A stretch of DNA of 61,860 nucleotides, filler included, from a bacterium (GTDB taxonomy: Bacteria; JAMORN01): NCBI GenBank assembly GCA_027063545.1. It is 13 parts of 13 records of this genome, joined end to end, with 100 filler letters (N's around TTAATTAATTAA, not from the genome) between each part and the next. Parts side by side here need not be neighbours in the genome. Positions count along the whole stretch, not along the records: positions 48,056 to 51,488 come from JAMORN010000273.1; positions 51,589 to 54,982 come from JAMORN010000274.1; positions 55,083 to 58,422 come from JAMORN010000275.1; positions 58,523 to 61,860 come from JAMORN010000276.1; 9 more parts are not named here. One strand, given 5' to 3'. The first letter of the stretch is position 1, and each line of letters starts with the position of its first letter. Positions 48,056 through 59,491 of the stretch are shown piece by piece. Below the pieces are notes generated by a model. That model ran no database searches. It had not been told where the DNA came from and worked only from the letters and a program-made list of their open reading frames with translations. The translations under genes were made by a program, and so were the position numbers.

Positions 48056-50318
48056 TACAATCCTCAGGGGCCACTTGTATTGTATACATATATTCGTCAG
48101 ATGGTTTTCCTTTCATTTTATATGGTGTATACTTAAATGTCTCTGGGGCATTTTCTAATAATTCCTTTTTATAAACCTTTGCTCTTATTGCTGCATGAGG
48201 ACAAATAAGCACACAGAAATTACATTGAATACATGTATCAGGTGTCCACTCTGGGATATGTGTTGCTATATTTCTCTTTTCATACTGAGCTGTCGCTGTT
48301 GGCCATGTACCATCATCTGGTAACTCACTAACCTTGACCTTATCTCCCTCTAATTTAATGAGTTTTGCTGTAACATTCTTTACAAATTCTGGGATATTTT
48401 TTCCTACAACAGCATCTCTCATCTTTATCTTACTTGTTGGTTCTGAAGGATATTCAACTTCATATATAGATTCTAAAGCTTTATCCACAGCTGTCCAGTT
48501 CATATTAACTACTTCATCACCTTTCTTTCCGTATGTCTTTTTGATAGCATCTTTTATCGCTCCAACAGCTTTTTCTAAAGGTATAATATTTGAAATCTTA
48601 AAAAATGCTGTTTGCATTATAACATTAATTCTTCCTCTAAGTCCTACCTCTTCAGCAATTTTATAAGCATTTATAACATATACCTTTAATTTTTTATCTA
48701 TAATCTGTTTTTGAACTTCATAAGGTAAATGATCCCATACACTATCTTTATCATAGTAAGAATTAATTAATAATATTCCTCCATCTTGTAAATACTGAAG
48801 CATATTAATCTTATCAAAAAATGAAAAATTATTTACAGACATAAAATTTGCTTTTCTAATTAAATAAGTACTCCTAATTGGCCTATCACTAAATCTTAAA
48901 TGAGATATTGTTACTGCTCCAGCTTTTTTAGAGTCATAAACGAAATATCCTTGAGCATATTTATCTGTTAACTCTGAAATAATCTTTATAGTATTTTTAG
49001 AAGCACCTACTGTTCCATCAGAACCTAAACCATAAAAAATTGCTCTATATACATCATCTCTTTCTATATCCCATTCCTCATCCCATTCTAAAGAAGTATT
49101 TGTTACATCATCAATAATTCCTATTGTAAAATGATTTTTTGGTTCATCCTTTGCTAAATTATCAAATACAGCTTTTACCATTGCAGGATTAAATTCCTTA
49201 GAACCTAATCCATATCTTCCACCAATAATTAATGGATATTCACTAAATGGAGCTATCTTCTTTTCTATTGCTTCTCCTATTGCTGTTCTTACATCTTCAT
49301 ATAAAGGCTCTCCTATAGAACCAGGTTCTTTTGTTCTATCAAGTACTGCAATTCTCTTTGTTGTTTTTGGAAGAACCTTTACAAAAGCTTCTGTATCAAA
49401 AGGTCTATACAATCTTACTACAACAACACCTACTTTTTCACCCTTTTCATTTAAATATTCTACTGTTTCTCTAACTGTCTCTGCTCCTGATCCCATTAAA
49501 ACAATTACTCTCTCAGCATCTGGAGCTCCATAGTAATCAAATAAATTATATCTTCTTCCTGTTATTTCAAAAAATTTATCCATATATTTTTGTACTATTG
49601 CAGGAACTTTTAAATAATATTTATTAGAAGCTTCTCTCCCTTGAAAGAATACATCAGGATTTTGAGATGTACCCCTTAAAACAGGCTTTTCAGGATTCAT
49701 TGCCCTTTGTTTATGAGCTCTTACCAACTCAGGGTCTATCATTTGTTTTATTTCTTCATAAGATAATTCATCTATCTTTTGAAGTTCATGAGAAGTTCTA
49801 AATCCATCAAAAAAATGTAAAAAAGGAACTCTTGATTCTAAAGTAGAAGCTTGAGCAATTAAAGCCATATCCATTGCTTCTTGAACACTAGCAGAAGCAA
49901 GTAATGCAAAACCTGTTTGTCTAACAGCCATTACATCAGAATGATCACCAAAGATAGATAAAGCATGTGTCGCTACTGATCTCGCTGATATATGAAAAAC
50001 AGTAGGTGTTAATTCCCCTGCAATTTTATACATATTAGGAATCATTAATAATAGACCTTGAGATGCCGTAAATGTCGTTGTTAAAGCTCCTGTAGTCAAA
50101 GCTCCATGAACAGCTCCAGAAGCTCCACCTTCAGATTGCATTTCTACTACAATAGGAACAGTATCATAAATATTTTTTACGCCCTGAGCAGATTTTGCAT
50201 CACAGATTTCCGCCATTGGAGATGAAGGTGTTATTGGATAAATTGCAACTACTTCATTAGTCGCATATGCGACGTGTGCTGCTGCTGAATTACCATCATG
50301 AGGGACCATCTTACCCAT
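48056..50318 (-). CDS. nifJ: Pyruvate:ferredoxin (flavodoxin) oxidoreductase, homodimeric type (3' truncated)
   Basis: AIYPITPSS, EMQSEGGA, GLGSDGTVG, YDSKKAG, ferredoxin motif CIQCNFCVLICPHAAI. Confidence 0.96.
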
Positions 50319-50452
50319 TTTTATTCTCCTTTTTATTTGATTTTAAATTTTTTACGTGTTCAAAAAATCACATCATTTTTAAATATAATTTTTTTATTAC
50401 ATTATATTCAACATTATTTTTTTTTGAATAAAAAAAACTTATTTTTTAAAAT

Positions 50453-51442
50453 ATGGAAAGGAATAAAGAATTTGAAATTAAAAAAAGATTAAAATTATTC
50501 TTAAAAGAAGATAATTTAGTAGAAGAATATATAAAGCGTTATGGATATGTTATTGATATTAAAAAAATAAATGAAATAAGAAATAATAAAAATGCTATTG
50601 GAAATTCTCGATCTATAATAAACTCTATTCCTATAAATCATCCTGATAATCCTTTATACGAAATAGAATTAAAGTGTCCTGTTTGCCATTCTACTCTAAA
50701 AGGATACAATTTGAAATCTAAATCATTGATAGTAAAATATAATTGGTTTATGGTACCATTTTATGAAAAAAATAAAAATTATATTTATATAGATTATTTA
50801 ATATATAATGTATCTGTCTGTCCTAAATGTTTATTTGCATCTCCTGATGAAAGAGATTTTGAAAAATATAATAAATATGCCAATTCATATTCTAAAAGTG
50901 CAATTCCTTTTAATATGCTTCTTAAACTAAAAGATACTCAACCAGAAAGGGAGCAAATTATTGAATATCTTGAAGATACAGAAAAGGTTTTTAGTTATCC
51001 AAGGGATATAAAAGCAGGTATATTAAGTTATAAATTAGCTATAAATAGAGCTGATTATGAAATAGAATTTAATCTACCTAATGCCCATTTTAAAAAAGGT
51101 GGTTATCTTTTAAGATTAGCTACTTTAATGGAAAAAAATAATGAGAAAGAAGAAGATATCAAAAATTGCTACCAAGAGGCTTTAGATGCATTTAAAGAGG
51201 CATTTAAATTATCTAATTTCTCATCTAAGGAAGCTGAATTTTATAATTTATATTTGATCGTTGTTTTAAGTATATATTTAGATGATCTTAAAAGTGCTCA
51301 AGAATATCTTCATTTCTTTGATAAAGCAAAAGAAGAGATAGATAAAGAAGAAGATATTAAAGTATATGAAAAATGGTATAAAAGAGCAAAAGAAGCTTTT
51401 GATTATCGAGATGTAAAAGATATTTTCAATAAGCCTAGGTAG
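50453..51442 (+). CDS. DUF2225-like protein (two CxxC motifs, TPR-like C-terminus)
   Basis: LKCPVC and YNVSVCPKCLFAS, followed by helical repeats. Confidence 0.65.
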   Translation: MERNKEFEIKKRLKLFLKEDNLVEEYIKRYGYVIDIKKINEIRNNKNAIGNSRSIINSIPINHPDNPLYEIELKCPVCHSTLKGYNLKSKSLIVKYNWFMVPFYEKNKNYIYIDYLIYNVSVCPKCLFASPDERDFEKYNKYANSYSKSAIPFNMLLKLKDTQPEREQIIEYLEDTEKVFSYPRDIKAGILSYKLAINRADYEIEFNLPNAHFKKGGYLLRLATLMEKNNEKEEDIKNCYQEALDAFKEAFKLSNFSSKEAEFYNLYLIVVLSIYLDDLKSAQEYLHFFDKAKEEIDKEEDIKVYEKWYKRAKEAFDYRDVKDIFNKPR

Positions 51443-51588
51443 TATACATGCAGATAAAAAAAGAACTACGTTTATATATTATAGGTTCNNNNNNNNNNNN
51501 NNNNNNNNNNNNNNNNNNNNNNNNNNNNNNNNTTAATTAATTAANNNNNNNNNNNNNNNNNNNNNNNNNNNNNNNNNNNNNNNNNNNN

Positions 51589-51764
51589 AGATTTACATTT
51601 TTTGTGATTTTTTGTGTCAACATTCTTTGTCTTCCTGCTATATTTATTAAAAGCGCATCTTCTTTTTGTTTATTAATAAATAATAGTATAGTTAAATTTT
51701 CAATTATAGTAAAAGCTAGAAAAGCAATAATTAAAGCAAGAATTTTAAATTTAATGGATTTCAT
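51589..51764 (-). CDS. Membrane sensor/chemoreceptor with PilJ/NarX-type periplasmic domain (3' truncated)
   Basis: TM helix followed by the P-box-like DALLINIAGRQRMLTQKITK. Confidence 0.75.
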
Positions 51765-51803
51765 ACTATACCTCCTTTATTTATTGTTTTGATCTACAAA
51801 TTT

Positions 51804-53000
51804 CTATAATAACATTTCTAGAGCTTTCTTAAATCTATTAATACCTTCAATGATATTGTCTATATTAGTAGCATAACTAAATCTTATACAGCTATCTTCT
51901 CCAAAAGCTATGCCACTAACTGCTGCTAAACCCACTTTTTCTAATAAAAATTCACTAAGATCTAAACTATTTTTTATATACCAATTTTTATATCTTTTTC
52001 TATAAAAATAAGATACATCAGGGAAAACATAAAATGCTCCATGAGGTATGTTAAATTTTATACCTTCTATATTTGATAGCATCTCAACAATTTTATCTCT
52101 TCTTTTTTCAAATTCTTTTCTCATTTTTTCTACACTACCATCATTTTTAAGAAAAGCAATTTCTGCAGCTTTTTGAGATATAGATGCTGTATGATGAGAA
52201 AGTTGCGATTGAAGAGCTGCAATTTTTTTTGCTATTTCAGAATTAGATGCAGAAAAACCAACTCTCCAACCTGTCATAGCATGAGATTTAGAAACACCGT
52301 TTATAATAATTGTATTTTCTTTAAGTTTATCACTAATAGAAGCTATAGAGATATGTTTATATCCATCATAAATAATCTTTTCATATATTTCATCAGAAAT
52401 AACAAATAAGTCATGTTTTTCAATAATTTCACCTAATGCTTTTAATTCCTCAAGAGTATAAACACTTCCTGTTGGATTTGATGGAGAATTTAAAATAATA
52501 GCTTTAGTTTTAGGCGTAATATGTTTTTCTAATTCTTCAGGAGTTAGTTTAAATTCATTTTCTATTTTTGTTTTTACTATAACAGGTTTCCCGCCAACTA
52601 ATTCAACTAATGAAGTATATGTAACCCAATAAGGTGAAGGAATTATAACTTCATCCCCTTCATCAATTATTACCATTAATGTATTAGCTATAGCCTGTTT
52701 TGCACCATTTGAGACAACAATATCTTTCCAATCATATTCTAAATTGTTATCTCTTTTCAATTTTTCAGCTATTGCCATTCTTAATTCAACAGTTCCCTCA
52801 GCCGGTGTATATTTAGTAAATCCTTTTTGTATTGCATCTATAGCATATTCTTTTATATAATCAGGTGTATCAAAATCAGGCTCACCAGCAGCCATTATGA
52901 TAATATCTTTTCCTTCTTTTTTTAAAAGTTTAGCTCTTGTTGTTAAGGCAACTGTAGCTGATGGTTTAATAATATTTGCTCTTTTTGCTAATTGTTTCAT
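51804..53000 (-). CDS. aspC: Aspartate aminotransferase (class I PLP-dependent)
   Basis: AGEPDFDTP, NSPSNPTG, SDEIYE, SKSHAMTGWRVG. Confidence 0.9.
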   Translation of the reverse strand: MKQLAKRANIIKPSATVALTTRAKLLKKEGKDIIIMAAGEPDFDTPDYIKEYAIDAIQKGFTKYTPAEGTVELRMAIAEKLKRDNNLEYDWKDIVVSNGAKQAIANTLMVIIDEGDEVIIPSPYWVTYTSLVELVGGKPVIVKTKIENEFKLTPEELEKHITPKTKAIILNSPSNPTGSVYTLEELKALGEIIEKHDLFVISDEIYEKIIYDGYKHISIASISDKLKENTIIINGVSKSHAMTGWRVGFSASNSEIAKKIAALQSQLSHHTASISQKAAEIAFLKNDGSVEKMRKEFEKRRDKIVEMLSNIEGIKFNIPHGAFYVFPDVSYFYRKRYKNWYIKNSLDLSEFLLEKVGLAAVSGIAFGEDSCIRFSYATNIDNIIEGINRFKKALEMLL

Positions 53001-53024
53001 TTTTTATTCCTTTTTGTCAAATTT

Positions 53025-54053
53025 TTAATCAAATTTATTTGATTTAGTAATCCATTCATTTAGTTTATCGAGTGCTTTGTGTGTATCTATTATATCTTTT
53101 GCAAGTTCTATTCCATCCTTTATATTTTTAACTTTCCCTCCAACATAAAGAGCAAAACCAGAATTTAAGATTACACTATCATATTTTGGTCCTTTATCTT
53201 TGCCTTCTAATATATTTAATATAATTTTAGCTGCTTCATGGGCATTTTCAGCTCCTTTTATACTATCTAAAGATGCAAAATTTATACCAAAATCTGTTGG
53301 TTTAACTATGTAATTTTTTAAACTACCATTTTTATATTCGTAAATAATAGTTTCTTCATGTAAGGCAATTTCATCAAAGCCACTTTTCCCACTATATACT
53401 ATAATATGTTCTCCGCCAAGTTCTGCCAATACTTTTATAATATTTTTTATTAAATTAGGAGAGAATACGCCCATTATTTGTCTTTTAGAACCAGCAGGAT
53501 TCGTCATAGGTCCTAAAATATTAAAAATAGTCTTTATTTTTAGAGTTTTTCTTACTCCTATAGCATACTTCATAGCAGGATGATATAAAGGCGCAAATAA
53601 AAATGCTATATCAATTTCTTCTAATAATTTTTGAGAATACTCAGGTTTGAGGTCTATTTTTATTCCTAAAGCTTCCAAAACATCAGCACTACCTACTTTA
53701 CTAGAAGCACTTCTATTTCCATGTTTTGCTACTTTAATTCCACTAGCTGCAGCCACAATAGCTACAGCTGTAGATATATTAAAAGTATTAGACCCATCTC
53801 CCCCAGTGCCACAAGTATCCAATAAGTTATTTTTATCTTCTATATTAATTTTTACTGCTTTTTCGCGCATAACTTTTGTAGCACCTTTAATTTCACTAAT
53901 TGATTCTTTTTTGGTTGCAAGAGCAGTAAGAAATCCTGCTATTTCTATATCATTCCATTTTCCTTCCATTATTTGAGAGAAAGCATTATAGCTTTCTTCT
54001 TCTGTTAAATCTTGATTATTTATGATTTTATTTAAATAATCTTTATATTCCAT
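53025..54053 (-). CDS. trpD: Anthranilate phosphoribosyltransferase
   Basis: DTCGTGGDGSNTFNIST, KHGNRSASS, FNILGPMTNP. GGAGG RBS precedes the ATG at 54053. Confidence 0.95.
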   Translation of the reverse strand: MEYKDYLNKIINNQDLTEEESYNAFSQIMEGKWNDIEIAGFLTALATKKESISEIKGATKVMREKAVKINIEDKNNLLDTCGTGGDGSNTFNISTAVAIVAAASGIKVAKHGNRSASSKVGSADVLEALGIKIDLKPEYSQKLLEEIDIAFLFAPLYHPAMKYAIGVRKTLKIKTIFNILGPMTNPAGSKRQIMGVFSPNLIKNIIKVLAELGGEHIIVYSGKSGFDEIALHEETIIYEYKNGSLKNYIVKPTDFGINFASLDSIKGAENAHEAAKIILNILEGKDKGPKYDSVILNSGFALYVGGKVKNIKDGIELAKDIIDTHKALDKLNEWITKSNKFD

Positions 54054-54088
54054 ATCTACAACCTCCAATTATCATTTAAATTGAAATA

Positions 54089-54613
54089 TTATAAATTCCA
54101 TTTTTCTCTTTCTTTTTTTAAAATATCAAATGCATTTTTGAAACATTTAAATCTCATTTCTGGTACTTCATCTAATGAAAAAAAATCAACATTACTAGCA
54201 TCATCCCCTGCTTTTACTTTATTATTTTCCAATTCTACAAGATATACCATTGTAATAACATTACCGTATGTTGGTGTCCAATCTGTCCATGCCCCTAAAC
54301 ACTTTAAAACTTTTGCATGTTTTACCCCAGCTTCTTCTTCCATTTCTCTTAACAAGGCTATTTCAGGGTCCTCTTCATATTCTACAAATCCAGATACAGG
54401 AGCCCATGAACCTTTAGCAGGTTCAATACCTCTTTGGATTAATAGAATTTTTCCTTTATATATACCTATACCTGCAACAGCCGGATAAGGATTAACATAA
54501 TTTATATATCCACATTTAGGGCAATAATCTCTTTCTCTATCAGCAATAATCTTTTTTTCCATTTTACTTCCACATTTTGGACAATAATAAAAAATTCTTT
54601 TTTCATCTATCAT
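54089..54613 (-). CDS. NUDIX hydrolase with N-terminal zinc ribbon
   Basis: CPKCG...CPKCG; Nudix box GFVEYEEDPEIALLREMEEEAG. Confidence 0.9.
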   Translation of the reverse strand: MIDEKRIFYYCPKCGSKMEKKIIADRERDYCPKCGYINYVNPYPAVAGIGIYKGKILLIQRGIEPAKGSWAPVSGFVEYEEDPEIALLREMEEEAGVKHAKVLKCLGAWTDWTPTYGNVITMVYLVELENNKVKAGDDASNVDFFSLDEVPEMRFKCFKNAFDILKKEREKWNL

Positions 54614-54643
54614 TTGGATAACTCCTTTCTTATATAATAGAGA

Positions 54644-54982
54644 TTATTCTACATATAAAATAAATCCTTTTAGATATTCTCCTTCTTTATGAAAAACAGA
54701 AATACTATGGTCACTACTTGCTGAAAGTCTTTTTAAAATTTTGACATTTCTTTTTGCTTCTTTGGCTGCATAGAAGATAATCATCCGAAATAAATCTAAA
54801 GATATTACACCTGAGCAGGAAAAAGTAAATATTATTCCTCCACTTTTTATTTTTTGCATAGCCATTTTATTTATATATTTATATCCTTTTATTGCATTAT
54901 CAATATTTTTTCTTGATTTAGCAAATTTGGGAGGATCAAGAATGATTAAATCGTAATAATCATAAGGCATTTCTCTTAAATA
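54644..54982 (-). CDS. rlmI: RlmI-like 23S rRNA m5C methyltransferase, C-terminal fragment
   Basis: DLIILDPPKFAK, FTFSCSG, DH...EGEYLKG. Confidence 0.85.
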   Translation of the reverse strand, partial: YLREMPYDYYDLIILDPPKFAKSRKNIDNAIKGYKYINKMAMQKIKSGGIIFTFSCSGVISLDLFRMIIFYAAKEAKRNVKILKRLSASSDHSISVFHKEGEYLKGFILYVE

Positions 54983-55115
54983 NNNNNNNNNNNNNNNNNN
55001 NNNNNNNNNNNNNNNNNNNNNNNNNNTTAATTAATTAANNNNNNNNNNNNNNNNNNNNNNNNNNNNNNNNNNNNNNNNNNNNTACAAATACGAACGAGGC
55101 AAAAAAATAAAACTT

Positions 55116-58100
55116 TTACAATATCAATCTATCAAACTCATCAATTAATTCAATAAATTTTTTATCATTTTTATCACTCTTTGGATAAATATCTTCACTT
55201 TTTAATACATAAAAACCTAAATCACTATTTTCCCTCATTCCCCTAATATAAGCATAGATCACCCCTCCAAAACTCTTATAAAAATCCTCTCCAATCCTTT
55301 CTAAAAGCCTTTTCAATCCTATTGCGTAAATAAAAAACTGAACATTATAACTATGCTTAAAAATATTCTCCTCTATCCTACCAGTTGTATAATCCTCTAA
55401 ACTCTTCCCTAAAAAATTCGTCTTCCAATCAAGAATATAGTATTTACCCTTTTCTTTAAATAACATATCTATTATACCATTAACCCAACCATCAATATTA
55501 TATTCTATTGATATATCGTTTGTTAATCCAATTTTTTTAAAGAATTTATTTAACTTATCTTTACTAACATTAATTTTATAATAAAATTGTATTTCTTTTT
55601 CGTAAAAAAGAATATCTTTTATTTTAAGCCCATTTAATTCATTAATAACTGCATTAGATACATTTTTTATTAACTGGTAATAAAAGTGTAAATGAGATGG
55701 ATTATATATATATGGATATTCAGATTTTCCTATTAAACCAATTTGTTTAATAACTTCTGTTTTATCCTCTGGATTTTTGAGGTCTATTTTTTCTAATAGG
55801 GTATGAATAAAATTTCCAGTTTTAGCAGATTTAGGAAGTTCTTCAAAAATAAATCTATCATAATCATTTTGATATTCAATCTTTTTCTCTTCTTTTTCTT
55901 CTGAGAGAATCTCAATTATCCATTCAAAAAGCCTTTCATCATCAACATTTTTATTGGAAACAAGATAACTATAAGATACATAACTATGATTAAGTTTTAA
56001 CTCATCTTTCTTAAAATATTCTACCTTTAACTCTTTCTTTTCTTTTTTCTCCTCTAATTTACCCTCTTCTTTAAATTCTATGATCTCATCTATAAGCGAG
56101 GATTTTTCATCAACAACAATATTTGAAAGCTTATTGTTATTCTTCTTTTTTTCAGTTAGAAAACCAAAAGTTATATGCTCTGCTCTTGTTAGTGCTACAT
56201 ATAAAACCCTTAGTTTTTCAAAAATCTCCTGTTCTGTTATTTTTAGTTTTTTATACTCTAAATAATAAGAAAAATCTTTGGGATCAAATTTTTTATCATT
56301 CTTGTTTTTAATAATACTCTTTTCTGTAACCAGTTTATAACCTTCTCTTCCCTTATCATAAATAGAGGTAATAAATAAAATAACCACCTTATATGCCAAT
56401 CCTTTACTTTTATGAATTGTCATTATATTAACCGCATCTTTATCAATATATTTTACCCTCTTAAAATTCTCACTACTCTCTAATTTATTTAAGTTACCAT
56501 AAAAAGAGTCCTTTTTTGATATCTTTTCTAAATTCTCTATTATTTCATCTATATTCATTTTATACAAAACTTCCCATTCGGCAATAGTATCTAAAAACTG
56601 ATCAAGAATACCAATATTTGCTATTCCACTATAATTCTCTCCATAATCTGTTCTTATCTTTCTAATATTAAGTTCTTTTATAATCTCATTTATAATAGCG
56701 TATAAACTTTTTTTATTTTCTTCATAATTTTTATACCCCTTCACAAAAATCTCTAAATATTTAAAAAGATCATCTTGAGAAATATCCAAAAATTTTTCTT
56801 TATTATGGAATACTAGTTCAGATTTATATAAAAAAAGCTTTAAATTATTAATGGTTGGTTCTTTTAGTAAATAAAGTAAATATAGGATAAAATTTATATA
56901 GTTTATAATATTAGAATACTCTTGGGATTGATAAAGATTTAAAGGAATATTGTTCTCTAAGAGAATCTTCTCTATTTTTGTAATATCATCATTACTTTCA
57001 ACCAAAATAGCAATATCTGAAAAATTTAAATTTGAATTTTTTTCCTTTATAAACTTAATAAGATTTACAATCCTATCATAATACTCATTTCCCCTATTAA
57101 TAACCTTAAAATATATACCATCTTTTATATCACCAAGTAAATTCTTATTCTCCCACTCTTCTTTTTTAGCGCTTTGAACATCAATATAATCTATCCTATA
57201 AGGGTCTTGCAATCCAGTAAAAATATTCTTAAAAATTTTATTAACATCATCAACATACTTTTGGGTGGATCTATAACTTTTTGTTAATGTGTAAATCTCA
57301 TCAGCAATAAATCTTTTTATATAATTATAAACATTCAAATCCGCTTTTCTCCATTCATAGATAGATTGCTTTGGATCTCCAATAAAATAAACCTCTCTAT
57401 CTTCCCTATTCTCTATGAATAACTTATAAATAATAAAAAATTGGCGAATATCTGTGTCTTGAAACTCATCAACAAAAATAACCTTCTTATCTACACTTAC
57501 ATACTCCTTATTTATCAAATCAATTAACTCATAAACATAATCCTCATGCTCTATTAAAAGTCTTTTTCTCTTTAAACTATTATATATATCAAAAATTGAG
57601 TCCTTAACCTCATAAAAGGCTAAATTAAAAAACCTAACCTTAAACATCTCATTCAAATCTTTTCCATCTATTTTATTCTTATACTCCTTATATCTATTAA
57701 ATAACTCATCTATATCTTTCAGTTCCTTAAAAATCCGATTATAATCATCTCTTAACTCTTCTCTAACCTCAATAACACTCTTATCCTTACTTCCAACAAG
57801 TCTTTGAAGTCTGTATATCTGATTTACCTCTTGGAAATAATTGGATAACTCCTTATAAATACTATTAATTAAGTTTAAATCATCTACATCAAACCTTTCA
57901 ATAATTGGGTTATTTAATATCCTCTTTCTCCAGAATATATTTATTGCCTCTTTTTCTAGTAACTTTTTTTCTTTGCTAGAGATTATATTAAAAGAATCTC
58001 TATCCTCAACCTTATAATCCTTTAATACTCTTAAACTAAAACTATCAATTGTTTTAATCTCAAGTTCATTAAGCCTAAATATATTATACTCCAAAACTTT

Positions 58101-58421
58101 TAAAAAACGCTTTAAAATATCATTCTCATCTGATAAATTAAACTCCTTTAAAATAGCCTCTTTTAACGGTAAGATAATATTTTTATATATATTATCCTCA
58201 ACAATAGATCTTTCTATAACATCTTTTGCATTTCTAAAAAAAGAAAAAATTCTGGTTCTTAGTTCATCAACAGCCTCATTTGTAAAAGTCATAAAAAGCA
58301 TAGAACTTACATCTATAATCTTTTCATTTTCACCTTTAAGTTCATACCAAACATTATATAAAATCCTTTTTAAAGCAATAAGTCCTATAGAATACGTTTT
58401 TCCTGTTCCAGCACTAGCCTC
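55116..58421 (-). CDS. recB: RecB-like helicase-nuclease (5' truncated)
   Basis: Frame open to the contig edge with EASAGTGKTY; also MTFT, VDEFQDTD, IGDPKQSIY, MTIHKSKGL, YVALTRA and nuclease motif GIIDML...YILDWKTN. Confidence 0.88.
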   Translation of the reverse strand, partial: EASAGTGKTYSIGLIALKRILYNVWYELKGENEKIIDVSSMLFMTFTNEAVDELRTRIFSFFRNAKDVIERSIVEDNIYKNIILPLKEAILKEFNLSDENDILKRFLKVLEYNIFRLNELEIKTIDSFSLRVLKDYKVEDRDSFNIISSKEKKLLEKEAINIFWRKRILNNPIIERFDVDDLNLINSIYKELSNYFQEVNQIYRLQRLVGSKDKSVIEVREELRDDYNRIFKELKDIDELFNRYKEYKNKIDGKDLNEMFKVRFFNLAFYEVKDSIFDIYNSLKRKRLLIEHEDYVYELIDLINKEYVSVDKKVIFVDEFQDTDIRQFFIIYKLFIENREDREVYFIGDPKQSIYEWRKADLNVYNYIKRFIADEIYTLTKSYRSTQKYVDDVNKIFKNIFTGLQDPYRIDYIDVQSAKKEEWENKNLLGDIKDGIYFKVINRGNEYYDRIVNLIKFIKEKNSNLNFSDIAILVESNDDITKIEKILLENNIPLNLYQSQEYSNIINYINFILYLLYLLKEPTINNLKLFLYKSELVFHNKEKFLDISQDDLFKYLEIFVKGYKNYEENKKSLYAIINEIIKELNIRKIRTDYGENYSGIANIGILDQFLDTIAEWEVLYKMNIDEIIENLEKISKKDSFYGNLNKLESSENFKRVKYIDKDAVNIMTIHKSKGLAYKVVILFITSIYDKGREGYKLVTEKSIIKNKNDKKFDPKDFSYYLEYKKLKITEQEIFEKLRVLYVALTRAEHITFGFLTEKKKNNNKLSNIVVDEKSSLIDEIIEFKEEGKLEEKKEKKELKVEYFKKDELKLNHSYVSYSYLVSNKNVDDERLFEWIIEILSEEKEEKKIEYQNDYDRFIFEELPKSAKTGNFIHTLLEKIDLKNPEDKTEVIKQIGLIGKSEYPYIYNPSHLHFYYQLIKNVSNAVINELNGLKIKDILFYEKEIQFYYKINVSKDKLNKFFKKIGLTNDISIEYNIDGWVNGIIDMLFKEKGKYYILDWKTNFLGKSLEDYTTGRIEENIFKHSYNVQFFIYAIGLKRLLERIGEDFYKSFGGVIYAYIRGMRENSDLGFYVLKSEDIYPKSDKNDKKFIELIDEFDRLIL

Positions 58422-58522
58422 TNNNNNNNNNNNNNNNNNNNNNNNNNNNNNNNNNNNNNNNNNNNNTTAATTAATTAANNNNNNNNNNNNNNNNNNNNNN
58501 NNNNNNNNNNNNNNNNNNNNNN

Positions 58523-59473
58523 AAAGTAGCAAAGGAGTATATATTATTTTATTCTCCTTCAATTTTATTCATGTTTCTATCTAGTGTATTTTTTGGAATC
58601 CTACAAGGTAAAGGTGAAACTAAATATATAGGAAAAGTTATGATGATATCTACAATAATAAATACTATTTTAGATCCTATATTAATTTTTTACTTTCATT
58701 TAGGTGTAAAGGGAGCTGCTTTAGCCACAACAATTTCTAATTCTATTAATCTATTATATGGGTTATGGATATTTACAAAAAATAAAACTAAAGTTCTTCA
58801 TTCCTATAAATTTGAATTACAAAAAAAATATATTAAAGAGATATTTTCTTTAGGATTTCCTCATTTTTTGAGTCTTGTCGTTTTATCCATAGCTTTTACA
58901 CTCTTAAACAGGCTTGTAGGAAAAATTGGAGAGTACGAACTTAATTCATTTATTCTTGTAGGAAGATTGGATAATATTATATTTGTCCCTATAATCGCAA
59001 TATCTACAGCTTTGAATCCTCTAATAGGACAAAATTTCTCTAGAAACAATATTAGTAGAGTGAAAGAAATATATTTTAAGTCTTTAATTCTTTTATTTGT
59101 AGTTTCTATATTCCTGAATATAATCTATGTTGTTTTTTCTGAAGAAATATTCTCATTTTTTTCTAATATAAAAGAAGTTATTAAGATTGCCTCTCTCCAA
59201 GTAAAATATACCAACACATCTCTTCTAATAGGTGCTGGTATTGGTATAATATCAAGGGCTGTCCTTCAAGCTATTGGAAAACCTAAATATTCTCTTTTTA
59301 TTATAGTACTAAGAGTATTAATTATAAATATACCTTTAGCATATATATTCGTTTATCTATTTGGGTATAATATGCTTTATCTTTGGTATTCATTTATTAT
59401 AACCAATTTCTCAATTGGTATTATCTCTTACATTTTAACTATAAAAACCTTAAAAAAGTACGAGAATAATTAA
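58523..59473 (+). CDS. MATE family efflux transporter (5' truncated)
   Basis: LQGKGET, NTILDPILI, GVKGAALAT, IGQNF; multiple TM helices. Confidence 0.9.
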   Translation, partial: KVAKEYILFYSPSILFMFLSSVFFGILQGKGETKYIGKVMMISTIINTILDPILIFYFHLGVKGAALATTISNSINLLYGLWIFTKNKTKVLHSYKFELQKKYIKEIFSLGFPHFLSLVVLSIAFTLLNRLVGKIGEYELNSFILVGRLDNIIFVPIIAISTALNPLIGQNFSRNNISRVKEIYFKSLILLFVVSIFLNIIYVVFSEEIFSFFSNIKEVIKIASLQVKYTNTSLLIGAGIGIISRAVLQAIGKPKYSLFIIVLRVLIINIPLAYIFVYLFGYNMLYLWYSFIITNFSIGIISYILTIKTLKKYENN

Positions 59474-59491
59474 TTAAGCAAATATATTCTT

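Noticed and set aside
55116-58421. Helicase-nuclease fusion as a defence or Cas4-like system
   Set aside because: Motif order and the C-terminal DWKTN nuclease match ordinary RecB/AddA.
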